From positions 1 to 42,532 of the forward strand of contig JBIOTN010000129.1 of assembly GCA_044866005.1 (NCBI GenBank): DNA of 42,532 nucleotides. Reading direction: 5' to 3'. Source of the stretch: Candidatus Rokuibacteriota bacterium (GTDB taxonomy: Bacteria > Methylomirabilota > Methylomirabilia > Rokubacteriales > DASRDR01). Under the pieces are notes generated by a model that saw only the letters and a list, made by a program, of their open reading frames with translations, searched no databases and was not told where the DNA came from. The number at the start of each line of letters is the position of its first letter. The stretch's first letter is position 1. Shown piece after piece: positions 18,738 to 27,610 of the stretch. Both the position numbers and the translations under genes were made by a program.

Positions 18738-19294
18738 CCCGGCGCGGGAACGGCCGGGGGAACGGGGTGGGAGGGCGCGCGGCGCCGCGGCCGAACGGGG
18801 GCCCCGCGGACGCCCGCCGCCTCCTGCGCCTGCTCAACGCGCTCGGCGGCACGACCTTCCGCCGGCTGCTCTGGCAGACGGCCACCCAGCTCGACCTGAG
18901 CTTCGCGCAGTGGCAGGTCCTCGGCCACGTCGAGCGGCACCCGGGGTGCCACGTGGGCGAGGTCGCGCGGATGTTCGGGGTGACGCTCCCCGCGGTGACC
19001 CACATCCTCGACCGGCTGGCGCAGAAGGGCCTCGTCGGCCGCGCCGCCGATGCCGACGACCGGCGCGTCTGCGTGCTGAGCCTCACGGCGGCCGGACGGG
19101 CCCTGGTGCGGGAGCTCGAGGTCCTCCAGCTCCGGGCGCTCGGGCGGGTGCTCGGCGGGCTGTCGCCCGCGGAGCGGCGCAGTGTCCTCGGCGGCCTCAC
19201 GACCCTGATGGACGCGGAGACACGGGCCGCCGCCGGCGCGGCACGCCGCCCCCGCGGAGCCGCTCGCCCGCTCGCGCCGGGGCACCGGCGATGA
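18734..19294 (+). CDS. MarR family transcriptional regulator
   Basis: LSFAQWQVL, VTHILDRLAQKGLV and DDRRVCVLSLTAAGR motifs; GTGA overlap with the RND gene. Confidence 0.9.
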   Translation: MTRRGNGRGNGVGGRAAPRPNGGPADARRLLRLLNALGGTTFRRLLWQTATQLDLSFAQWQVLGHVERHPGCHVGEVARMFGVTLPAVTHILDRLAQKGLVGRAADADDRRVCVLSLTAAGRALVRELEVLQLRALGRVLGGLSPAERRSVLGGLTTLMDAETRAAAGAARRPRGAARPLAPGHRR

Positions 19295-19398
19295 GACGGG
19301 CGCCCCGGGGCGGTCGGGCGGGCGAGCTGACACCGCGGCCGTACGCTATAATGAGCGCGCCTGCACGAACCGGCGCCCCGGCTTCCGGAGGAGCAGCG

Positions 19399-20424
19399 AT
19401 GACACGGTTACACGAGCGGAGGACGTGGACGGCCCTCGCGGCGCTGGTCGGCGTGACGCTGCTGACGGGCATCACGGTCTCGGCGGCGCCGTTCTACGAG
19501 GGGAAGACGATCAGCATCGTGGTCGGCTACAAGCCGGGGGGCGGCTACGACCGGACGGCCCGCCTCCTCGCGCGACACCTCCCCAAGCACATCCCCGGAA
19601 AGCCGACCATCATCGTCCAGAACATGCCGGGCGCCAACAGCATCATCGGGGCGAACCACGTCTACGGCGTGGCCAAGCCGGACGGGTTGACCATCGGGAC
19701 CTTCAACCGGAACCTCCCCCTCGCGCAGCTCACGCGGGTGGAGGGCGTCAAGTTCGACATGACCCGGTTCGCCTGGATCGGGTCGGCGGCCAGCGAGACG
19801 ACCATCCTGGCGATCCGGAGCGACCTCCCCTACAAGACCTTCGACGAGCTGCGCCGGGCGGACCAGGAGATCGTCATCGGGACCACGGGCCCGGGGGCGA
19901 ACACCCACGACTTTCCCATCCTGCTCAAGGAGTTCCTGGGGCTCAAGGTCAAGATCGTCAGCGGCTACTCGTCGAGCGCCGACATCATGCTCGCCGTCGA
20001 GCGCAAGGAAGTGGACGGGCGGGCCGGCTCCTACACGTCCATCCGGCCGTTCATCGACCGGGGGCTGGTGCGGCCCCTGATCCGCGCCCGGGCCGTCGAG
20101 GCGGGGATCGAGAGCCTCCCCGTGGACGAGGACCTCGCGCCGACCCCGCGGGCCCGGGCGATCATGGCCCTGCGGTCCGGCCCCGAGCTGATCGGCCGGC
20201 CCTACGTGCTGCCGCCGGGCACGCCGGAGGAGCTCGTGCGGACCCTGCGCGAGGCCTTCGCCAAGGTCGCCGGCGACCCGGAGCTCGTGGACGAGGCGAA
20301 GAAGGCCAAGATGGAGATCGAGTACGTCTCCGGCGACGCGGCGCTCAAGGTCATCAAGGAGGTCCTGGCCCAGCCGAAGGAGATCGTCGACGAGTTCTCC
20401 CGGTACATCAAGTTCGGCGACTGA
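19399..20424 (+). CDS. tctC: Tripartite tricarboxylate transporter substrate-binding protein (Bug/TctC)
   Basis: FYEGKTISIVVGYKPGGGYD, VQNMPGA and KPDGLTIG motifs; GGAGGAG RBS; TATAAT at 19347-19352. Confidence 0.9.
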   Translation: MTRLHERRTWTALAALVGVTLLTGITVSAAPFYEGKTISIVVGYKPGGGYDRTARLLARHLPKHIPGKPTIIVQNMPGANSIIGANHVYGVAKPDGLTIGTFNRNLPLAQLTRVEGVKFDMTRFAWIGSAASETTILAIRSDLPYKTFDELRRADQEIVIGTTGPGANTHDFPILLKEFLGLKVKIVSGYSSSADIMLAVERKEVDGRAGSYTSIRPFIDRGLVRPLIRARAVEAGIESLPVDEDLAPTPRARAIMALRSGPELIGRPYVLPPGTPEELVRTLREAFAKVAGDPELVDEAKKAKMEIEYVSGDAALKVIKEVLAQPKEIVDEFSRYIKFGD

Positions 20425-20537
20425 GCCCTTCGCCGGGGGGCGCACCGCCTTCCGGCCGCTTCCCGACCCGCTCTGATCCAACCCGCAGGCACGGGCGCCG
20501 CGCGACGCGCGCGGGGACCCGCGACTGCTGAGGCCCG

Positions 20538-22055
20538 ATGCTCGACGCCTTCGTCGACGGTCTGCGTCTGCTCCTCGAGTGGAAGGCGTTCAGCTTCATG
20601 CTGCTCGGCGTGGGGGTGGGCTTCTGGGTCGGCCTCCTCCCCGGCCTCGGCGGCGGCACCACCCTCGCCCTGATGCTGCCCTTCGTCTACACGATGACGC
20701 CCGTGGAGGCCTTTGCGTTCCTCCTCGGGATGCACGCCGTCGTCGCGACCACCGGCGACATCACCTCCGTCCTGTTCGGCGTCCCCGGCGAGGGCACCAC
20801 GGCCGCCACGGTCCTCGACGGCTACGCCATGGCCAAGAAGGGCGAGGCCGGCCGCGCGCTGGGGGCCGCGCTCATGAGCTCCCTGGTCGGCGCCGTCGTC
20901 GGCGCCTTCGCGCTGGCCCTGGCCGTTCCCGTGGTCCGCCCGCTCGTCCTCACCTTCGGCTCCCCCGAGCTCTTCATGCTGGCGATCGTGGGCCTCGCCT
21001 TCATCGCCTCGCTCAGCGGCGGGGGGGCGCGCGGGCTCCTGCGCGGCTTCCTGGCGGGGGGCCTGGGGCTCCTCTTCGCCATGGTGGGACAGGACCCCCA
21101 GGCCGGCATCCACCGGTTCACGTTCGGCCTCCTCTACCTCTGGGACGGCCTCGACATCGTCCCCGTCCTCGTCGGGATCTTCGCGATCCCGGAAGTCCTG
21201 GACCTCGCCGTGCGGGGCACGGCCATCGCGGGGGACGTGCCGTACGGCCAGCTCGGCAAGGGCGTGGCCGAGGGGATCAAGGACACCTTCCGCCACTTCG
21301 GCCTCACGGTCCGCTGCAGCCTGATCGGGACGTTCGTCGGCATCATGCCGGGCCTGGGCGGGGGCGTGGCGCAGTGGCTCGCCTACGGCCACGCCGTGCA
21401 GAGCGCGCGGGACAGCGCCGAGCGGAAGGGATTCGGCGCCGGGGACGTCCGGGGCGTCCTCGGCCCGGGGGCCGCCAACAACTCCAAGGAAGGGGGCGCG
21501 CTGATCCCGACCGTCGCCTTCGGCGTCCCCGGCAGCTCCGCGATGGCGATCCTGCTGGGCGGGTTCTTCCTGCTGGGCCTCGTCCCCGGCCCCGACATGC
21601 TCACGACGCATCTCGCCCTGACCTTCTCCATGGTCTGGACCATCGTCGTGGCCAACCTCGTCACCGTCGGCGTGAGCCTCCTCTTCCTGAACCAGCTCGC
21701 CCGGCTCACCACGGTCCGCGGGCACCGGCTCATCCCGTTCATCCTGGTGCTGGTCTTCATCGGCAGCTACACGGCCAACAACAGCTACGCCGACCTGCTC
21801 GTGACGCTCCTCTTCGGCCTCCTCGGCTGGCTGATGGTCCTGGCCGGGTGGCCCCGGGCGCCGCTGGTCCTGGGGCTGGTCCTGGGAGAGATCGCGGAGA
21901 ACTACCTCTACATCTCCACCGCCCGGTACGGCGCCGGCTGGCTCGGCCGCCCGGTCGTGGTGATCCTCTTCCTGCTCGCGCTCCTGGTGATGGCCTACCC
22001 GTTCCTCCAGGCCAGGCGCGCGCGGCCACGGACCGGCGAGCGGCATGCGACGTAG
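20538..22055 (+). CDS. tctA: Tripartite tricarboxylate transporter large permease
   Basis: GLLPGLGG, VLFGVPGE, DGYAMAKKGEAGRAL and AANNSKEGGALIPTVAFGVPGS motifs. Confidence 0.92.
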   Translation: MLDAFVDGLRLLLEWKAFSFMLLGVGVGFWVGLLPGLGGGTTLALMLPFVYTMTPVEAFAFLLGMHAVVATTGDITSVLFGVPGEGTTAATVLDGYAMAKKGEAGRALGAALMSSLVGAVVGAFALALAVPVVRPLVLTFGSPELFMLAIVGLAFIASLSGGGARGLLRGFLAGGLGLLFAMVGQDPQAGIHRFTFGLLYLWDGLDIVPVLVGIFAIPEVLDLAVRGTAIAGDVPYGQLGKGVAEGIKDTFRHFGLTVRCSLIGTFVGIMPGLGGGVAQWLAYGHAVQSARDSAERKGFGAGDVRGVLGPGAANNSKEGGALIPTVAFGVPGSSAMAILLGGFFLLGLVPGPDMLTTHLALTFSMVWTIVVANLVTVGVSLLFLNQLARLTTVRGHRLIPFILVLVFIGSYTANNSYADLLVTLLFGLLGWLMVLAGWPRAPLVLGLVLGEIAENYLYISTARYGAGWLGRPVVVILFLLALLVMAYPFLQARRARPRTGERHAT

Positions 22056-22536
22056 TCCCGCCCTCCTGCTCAGCCTCGCGGTCATGGCGCTCGCGGCGTG
22101 GGCGGTGCTCGCGGCGCGGGCCTGGCCCTGGAAGGCGGCGCTCTTCCCGCTCGTCATCGGCGTGCCGGTATTCCTGCTGGCGCTGGTCGAATTCTGCTGG
22201 ACCGCCGTCGGCCCGGCGGGCGCGCCGCCGCAGGTCGTCGACTTCGCGGTCTCGGAGCCCGTCGATCGGAGCACGGCGCGCCGGCGAACGGCGGCCACGT
22301 TCGCCTGGCTCGGCGGATTCCTCGTGCTCGTCGTCGCCCTGGGGGTCCCCGTGGCCGTCCCGGTCTTCGTGGGCCTCTACCTGAGGCTCCAGGGCGGCGA
22401 GGGCTGGGCCGTGTCGCTCACGCTCGGCGCCGTGGCGGGGGGGTTCGTGTACGGGCTCTTCGTCCGGCTGCTCCACCTGCCCTTCGCGGACGGCTGGCTC
22501 CTGGGCGGGTTGCAGGCGCTCGGGGTCCTCGGCTGA
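22045..22536 (+). CDS. tctB: Tripartite tricarboxylate transporter small permease
   Basis: 163 aa hydrophobic protein with FP motif and C-terminal LFVRLLHLPFADG; follows tctA. Confidence 0.85.
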   Translation: MRRSPALLLSLAVMALAAWAVLAARAWPWKAALFPLVIGVPVFLLALVEFCWTAVGPAGAPPQVVDFAVSEPVDRSTARRRTAATFAWLGGFLVLVVALGVPVAVPVFVGLYLRLQGGEGWAVSLTLGAVAGGFVYGLFVRLLHLPFADGWLLGGLQALGVLG

Positions 22537-22577
22537 CGCCGTCGCGGGCGCGGGGCCTCGGCGGGGCCCGCCCGCCC

Positions 22578-22997
22578 TCAGCGCGGCTTCGGTCGGACGG
22601 TCGCCAGGTCGCGCGGGGAGAGGTGGGGGACGGTCTCGCCGGTCTCGACGAAGGTGCGGGTCACCTCCACGCTGTCGTAGACCCACAGGATCGCCATCGG
22701 CGACGCCCCCACGTTGACGAAGCGATGGTGCGTGCCGGCCGGGATGAACGCCGTGTCCCAGGGGCGGAGGCGCGTCCTCGTGCCCTCGATCTCCACCTCC
22801 GCCTCGCCCTCGATGACGCTCGTCTGCTCGTCGCAGTTGTGGTAGTGGAGCGGGATGCCGGCGCCGGGCGGGAAGCGCGTGATCCCGCTCGTGACGTGGG
22901 CGCCCAGCTCCTTGTGGGAGAAGAGCCACGTCTGGACGCCGGTGCCGCGGTCGAACACCGGCAGGCTGTCGAAGCGGAGGAGCTGCGGTGCGGCCAT
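22578..22997 (-). CDS. Cupin domain protein
   Basis: PLHYHNCDEQTSVIEG...FIPAGTHHRFVN cupin motifs; start at ATG 22997 or GTG 23000. Confidence 0.9.
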   Translation of the reverse strand: MAAPQLLRFDSLPVFDRGTGVQTWLFSHKELGAHVTSGITRFPPGAGIPLHYHNCDEQTSVIEGEAEVEIEGTRTRLRPWDTAFIPAGTHHRFVNVGASPMAILWVYDSVEVTRTFVETGETVPHLSPRDLATVRPKPR

Positions 22998-23030
22998 CAC
23001 GTCCCCCTCACCCGGGCGGTTGGCGCGTAG

Positions 23031-23059
23031 TATATAGGCGCGAGCCGGACCGCGGTCAA
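23031..23059 (-). promoter_or_regulatory. Sigma70-type promoter of the cupin gene
   Basis: TTGACC-N17-TATATA(CT) on the minus strand. Confidence 0.55.
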
Positions 23060-23085
23060 GCCCGGCCGCCCGCGAAGGAGCCCGC

Positions 23086-24153
23086 ATGGCGCCCGAGACC
23101 GTGAGCCCCGCCACGCGATTCCCCGCCCCGCGGCTCGAAGCCTTCACCGCCCGCGCGCTCGGCGCGGTCGGCCTCCCGGCCGAGGACGCGCGCGCCGTCG
23201 CCGAGCTGATGATCCGCGCCGACCTGCGCGGGGCGGACGGCCACGGGATCTTCCGGCTCCCGCAGTACGTGCGCCGGATCCGTGCCGGCGGGATGAACGT
23301 GCGCCCGAGGATCCAGCCCGTCCGGGAGACCGAGGCGGCGGCGCTGGTGGACGGCGACAACGCCATGGGCCACCTGGTCATGCGCTTCGCCGCGCGCCTC
23401 GCCGTGGAGAAGGCGGCGCGGCGCGGCGTCGGGTGGGTCGGCGTGCGCGGGAGCAATCACGCCGGCCCGGCCGCGCTCTACGCCATGATGCCGCTCGAGC
23501 GCGACATGGTCGGCCTCTACCTCGCCGTCGGCAACGCGAACCACCTGCCGCCCTGGGGCGGGGTCGAGCTGCTCCTCAGCACCAACCCCATCGCGGTCGC
23601 GATCCCGGCCGGCGAGGAGCCGCCCCTCGTGCTCGACATGGCCACGACGGTCGCCGCCTACGGCCGCGTGAAGACGGCGGCCCAGCGGGGCGAGCGGATG
23701 CCCGAGGGCTGGATGGTGGACGCCGACGGCCGCCCGCTCACCGATCCCCGGCGCGCGGACGAGGGGTTCCTCCTGCCCATCGGCGGCTACAAGGGCTACG
23801 GCCTGGCGCTCGTGTTCGGCCTCCTGGCCGGGACGCTCAACGGCGCCGCCATGGGCCGGGAGGTCGTGGACTTCAACAAGGACGACGTGACGGCGACCAA
23901 CACGGGCCACGCGATCGTGGCCCTCGACGTCGCGGCGTTCCGGCCGGTCGCGGAGTTCAAGCGGGCGGTCGACACCCTGATCCGGGACCTCCGCGGCGCG
24001 AAGCGGATGCGCGGGGTCGAGAAGATCCGCGTGCCGGGCGAGCAGAGCCACGCGACGGCGCTGGAGCGCGCGCGGCTCGGGATCCCGCTCGATCCGGCCC
24101 TGCTCGCCCAGCTCGCCCGCCTCGCCGCCGACCTCGGCATCGACCCGCTCTAG
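23086..24153 (+). CDS. Ldh_2 family oxidoreductase (AllD/ComC/malate-lactate dehydrogenase type 2)
   Basis: ADLRGADGHG, VDGDNAMG, SNHAG, STNPIA, LDMATT and GGYKGYGL motifs. Confidence 0.93.
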   Translation: MAPETVSPATRFPAPRLEAFTARALGAVGLPAEDARAVAELMIRADLRGADGHGIFRLPQYVRRIRAGGMNVRPRIQPVRETEAAALVDGDNAMGHLVMRFAARLAVEKAARRGVGWVGVRGSNHAGPAALYAMMPLERDMVGLYLAVGNANHLPPWGGVELLLSTNPIAVAIPAGEEPPLVLDMATTVAAYGRVKTAAQRGERMPEGWMVDADGRPLTDPRRADEGFLLPIGGYKGYGLALVFGLLAGTLNGAAMGREVVDFNKDDVTATNTGHAIVALDVAAFRPVAEFKRAVDTLIRDLRGAKRMRGVEKIRVPGEQSHATALERARLGIPLDPALLAQLARLAADLGIDPL

Positions 24154-24226
24154 GACTGTCCCGGGTCGGCTCCGGGCCCCGGGCTCGCGTCCCCGCCCGG
24201 TCGCGGTGCGGGCCGGCCCGTCACTC

Positions 24227-24955
24227 TCAGGCCAGCGCCGCCCGCAGCCGCCGCTCGTAGAATTCGGCCAGCCTCTCCAGGGCGACCCTCCCGTCGCCCG
24301 CGAACGAGGAGCCGTGCATGAGGGCCAGCGTGCGAGGTGCGAGGGCGGCCAGCCGGCGAATCGTAGGCCCTGTCCCTGCGGTGAGGCTGGTGAAGCCAAA
24401 CATGTTCTCGGCCGCGGCTGCCGGGCCCACGATGTCCTCGCCGCTGAGGGCGGGTCCGTCGCCCACGTGGGTGAACAGATCGCCACACAGGAGCGTGCCC
24501 GTCGTCTCCTCGTAGAGGACGCGCGCCTCCCAGGCGTGCGGGACGTGAGGGGTGTCCAGATGTCGCACGCGCCGGCCCCCGAGATCGAGGACCTCCCCGT
24601 CGGCCAGCGGCCGGGGCGGGCGGTCGGCCAGGTCGTTGAGGGACACCATGCACCCGACGTGGCCGTGCGCGACCTCGGCGCGGGGTGCCGCCGCCAGCCA
24701 CTGGTTCATCGAGCCGCATTCGTCGGCTTCGATGTGGCCGAAGGTGATCCAGCGCAGTCGCGCCAGGGGGACCACGCGAGCCGCGGCGGCCGATACGGAC
24801 GGGAACATCGCCCGAGGCCCGCAGTGGAAGAGAAGGGGATCGTCCGCCTCGAGGAGGAACTGGTTGAACGTGAAACCGGCGGGCGGAGCGATCTGCGGGA
24901 CGAACGTGGACAGCCGGTAGATGCGTTCGGCGATCTCGGTCACCCTGGTCTCCAT
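24227..24955 (-). CDS. Metallo-beta-lactamase-fold di-iron protein (FprA N-domain/ODP-like, no flavodoxin domain)
   Basis: FNQFLL, GHIEADECGS, TPHVPHAWE, LCGDLF and LMHGS motifs; start at ATG 24955. Confidence 0.85.
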   Translation of the reverse strand: METRVTEIAERIYRLSTFVPQIAPPAGFTFNQFLLEADDPLLFHCGPRAMFPSVSAAAARVVPLARLRWITFGHIEADECGSMNQWLAAAPRAEVAHGHVGCMVSLNDLADRPPRPLADGEVLDLGGRRVRHLDTPHVPHAWEARVLYEETTGTLLCGDLFTHVGDGPALSGEDIVGPAAAAENMFGFTSLTAGTGPTIRRLAALAPRTLALMHGSSFAGDGRVALERLAEFYERRLRAALA

Positions 24956-24957
24956 CG

Positions 24958-25584
24958 TCAAGGCTCTCCCTTCTCTGCTGATCGTGCTCGCCGCTGGGAT
25001 CGTCGAGCCTGCCTGAGCCAGGCGAGCAGCACGGCCGTGACCTCGGCGGCCGCCTCCTCCGTCGACAGCCCCTGAGCGGTCAGGGACCGGTGCACGGCGA
25101 AGTCGGTGAGCGCCGAGGCGGTCCGAGCGACTCGTCGATCCGCTCCGAGAGGACGGAGAGCCTCCCGGACCAGCGCCGCGACGGCCTGCTCCTTCCTTGC
25201 CACCGATTGCGCGAGCACGGGGATCTTGTCGCGGTCGCAGCGGGCCCGCTCGAAGCCCGGAAAGCGGGCGTAGTAGGCGAAGAGCTCCCCGACGAGGCGC
25301 GTGACCCGCTCCCTTGCGCGGTGGATGCCCGCGAAGATCTCTGGCGTCGGCGCGCGGGTCACGTCGCTGGTGTACTGGCCGCACGCACGGACCACGTCCT
25401 CGTAGGTGGGGAAGTGATGATACACCGCACCGACACTCACGCCGGCCCGCCGGGCGATGTCCTTCATGGAGGTCGCGACGATGCCCTGGTCGAGGTGGAG
25501 GGCGTAGGTGGCCTTCACGATGCGGCGGCGGGTCTCGTCGGCCGCCTCCGCCCGGCGGCCCAGCTGATAAGGGCGGGGGGTCAT
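24958..25584 (-). CDS. TetR/AcrR family transcriptional regulator
   Basis: TRRRIVKAT...TSMKDIARRAGVSVGAVYHHFPT; GGGAGG RBS before ATG 25584. Confidence 0.92.
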   Translation of the reverse strand: MTPRPYQLGRRAEAADETRRRIVKATYALHLDQGIVATSMKDIARRAGVSVGAVYHHFPTYEDVVRACGQYTSDVTRAPTPEIFAGIHRARERVTRLVGELFAYYARFPGFERARCDRDKIPVLAQSVARKEQAVAALVREALRPLGADRRVARTASALTDFAVHRSLTAQGLSTEEAAAEVTAVLLAWLRQARRSQRRARSAEKGEP

Positions 25585-25597
25585 GGCCGTTCCTCCC

Positions 25598-25647
25598 ATA
25601 TTGACAGATTGTTCGGTCAAATATCACTGCGTCGGTGGTTTTGTCAA
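25598..25647 (-). promoter_or_regulatory. TetR promoter and putative operator
   Basis: Perfect -35 TTGACA (25642-25647, minus strand); inverted repeat ATATTGAC-N10-GTCAAATAT (25598-25624) lies over the -10/TSS region. Confidence 0.7.
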
Positions 25648-25725
25648 GCCGGCCGCAGGCCTCGTCCCGCGCCATCGCGTCGCGCCACGCGAGGGTCTGC
25701 CCCTGGATCGGGGCCGGGCGTCCCG

Positions 25726-27474
25726 TCACGGCGGGGGGATGAGGGGCAGCAGGAGGTGCGCCGGGCGGCGGGGCCCGGCGTGGAGCGTGACGCGCCCTCC
25801 GAAGATCGCCGGCGGCCGGTCGCGCCCGTCGTCGTGCCCGAAGGGGCCGACGCCGGTGAAGACGGCGCCCAGGGTCCCGAGCCCGGCCCCCGGCCCGCCC
25901 GGGTACTCGTAGTCCCGCCCGCGCACCGTCAGGGCCAGCCGATGGCCCGGCGGCACGACGATCGAGGTGGGCCAGATCTCCACGTCGAGCTCGTAGACCT
26001 CCCCCGGCACGAGCGGCTGCCGCTCGTCGTGGGCGTGGTAGGGGCGGTAGGGCAGCGTGAGCGCCGGGTCGAGCTTCCGGTGCGAGGCGCGGAGCCACCC
26101 TTGCGCGACCGGGGTGTGCGGGTCGAGCGCCCCCTGGAAGGTGACCTCGCGGAGATCGGGCGTGAAGACGCGGACGACGAGGAAGAGGTCGGCGTCCTCG
26201 GTCTGGGACGAGACCCAGAGCTTCGCCGCGAGCGGGCCGGTGATCTCCGTCTCCGCCTCGAGCGGCGGCGTGAGGAACGTGACCCCGTCGCCGAGCCCGG
26301 CGTAGCTCACGGCGGCGTCCCGGGCCCCCGGCTCGCCGCCGAGGCTCAGGTCGGTCGGGTCGAGGTAGAGCCGGGTCCACCGGGTGCGGGCGAGCGGCCA
26401 TTCGTGCTCGGGGCGCTCGACGAAGCGTTCCCCCGGATGGCGCACCTGGAGGAGCACCCGGGGCTGGCGGGTCCAGCCCGTGTCCTCGCCCTTGAGGAAG
26501 TGCCCGAAGAACCGCTTCTGGAGTCGCAGGCCGTAGTCCGTGTAGAAATGGGTCCAGTGCTCGCGGCCGTGGACCTCGAGCCACTTCTGTTCGGACGCGG
26601 CCCGGACGAACCCCTCGAAGTTACCGCGCGGGTGGAGCCCCTGCCCGCCCCAGTTCGCGCACGAGAGCAGCGGCACCGTGACCTTCGCCCAGTCGGGGAG
26701 GCGCGAGCGCCAGTACTCGTCGCTGGCCAGCGCGTGCCGATAGCAGTCCTCGTAGAAATCGCTCCGGTTCGCACCGAGCTCCTCCTCGGCCAGGGTAGGC
26801 GGCCCCGACACCCAGTCGCCCGTCATCCGGCTCCGGTAGCCGCGCGTCCCGCGCCCGTGCTGGACCCGGACGATCTGGGAGGGGAACCACGCCCGGCCGA
26901 AGGTCGAGAGGATGCCGCCATGGCGCGCGAGGTCGCGATAGTAGTCGGCGGCGCCTTCCCAGACGCAGATCGCGGCCAGGTGGGGCGGCTCCCGCCCCGC
27001 CACCTGCCACTGGTTCATCGCGTAGTAGGAGATGCCGGCGAGCCCGACCTTCCCGCTGCTCCAGGGCTGGGCCGCCGCCCACTCGATCGAGCGGGAGAGG
27101 TCCCGGGCTTCGCGCGCCGACCAGACGTCCAGGAAGCCGGGCGAGCGGCCCGCGCCGCGCGAGTCGACGCGCACGCAGGCGTAGCCGTCGGGCACCCACT
27201 TCTCGGGATCCACCACTTCCCAGTTCTGATACCGGTTGGTCGAGCCGGCGGGCACGTCGGGGTGCTGCTCGGTCATCCGGCGCCACTGGTCTCCGTAGAG
27301 GTCCTCGAAGTGGAGCCACTTGCCGTAGGGGCCGTAGCTCAGGATGACGGGCGCGCGGCCGTCCCGGACCGGCCGGTAGACGTCGGCGCGCAGGACGAGG
27401 CTGTCGTCCATGGGGAGGGGCACGTCCCAGTCGATCCGCATCCCGTCCCGGACCTCGCTCCAGGCCTCGCCCAC
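25726..27474 (-). CDS. CocE/NonD family hydrolase (peptidase S15)
   Basis: LRADVYRP, PYGK, VDSRGAGRSPG, QPWSSGKVGLAGISY and GWLRASHR motifs; AAGGAGG RBS before GTG 27474. Confidence 0.92.
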   Translation of the reverse strand: MGEAWSEVRDGMRIDWDVPLPMDDSLVLRADVYRPVRDGRAPVILSYGPYGKWLHFEDLYGDQWRRMTEQHPDVPAGSTNRYQNWEVVDPEKWVPDGYACVRVDSRGAGRSPGFLDVWSAREARDLSRSIEWAAAQPWSSGKVGLAGISYYAMNQWQVAGREPPHLAAICVWEGAADYYRDLARHGGILSTFGRAWFPSQIVRVQHGRGTRGYRSRMTGDWVSGPPTLAEEELGANRSDFYEDCYRHALASDEYWRSRLPDWAKVTVPLLSCANWGGQGLHPRGNFEGFVRAASEQKWLEVHGREHWTHFYTDYGLRLQKRFFGHFLKGEDTGWTRQPRVLLQVRHPGERFVERPEHEWPLARTRWTRLYLDPTDLSLGGEPGARDAAVSYAGLGDGVTFLTPPLEAETEITGPLAAKLWVSSQTEDADLFLVVRVFTPDLREVTFQGALDPHTPVAQGWLRASHRKLDPALTLPYRPYHAHDERQPLVPGEVYELDVEIWPTSIVVPPGHRLALTVRGRDYEYPGGPGAGLGTLGAVFTGVGPFGHDDGRDRPPAIFGGRVTLHAGPRRPAHLLLPLIPPP

Positions 27475-27610
27475 GGCGCCTCCTTGTCCCGTCGCTCGGC
27501 TTCGGCGTATGATCGCCGAAATCGCACGATTCCGCCACGCGCCGCCACCGTCCGTCGGAAGCCCCGTCGTCCGACCGCGCCGCGTCTCGATGCGAGAGGA
27601 GGGTTCGCCC

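Noticed and set aside
14202..19294. RND operon without an outer-membrane factor gene
   Set aside because: This is a common arrangement; the TolC-like partner is often encoded elsewhere.
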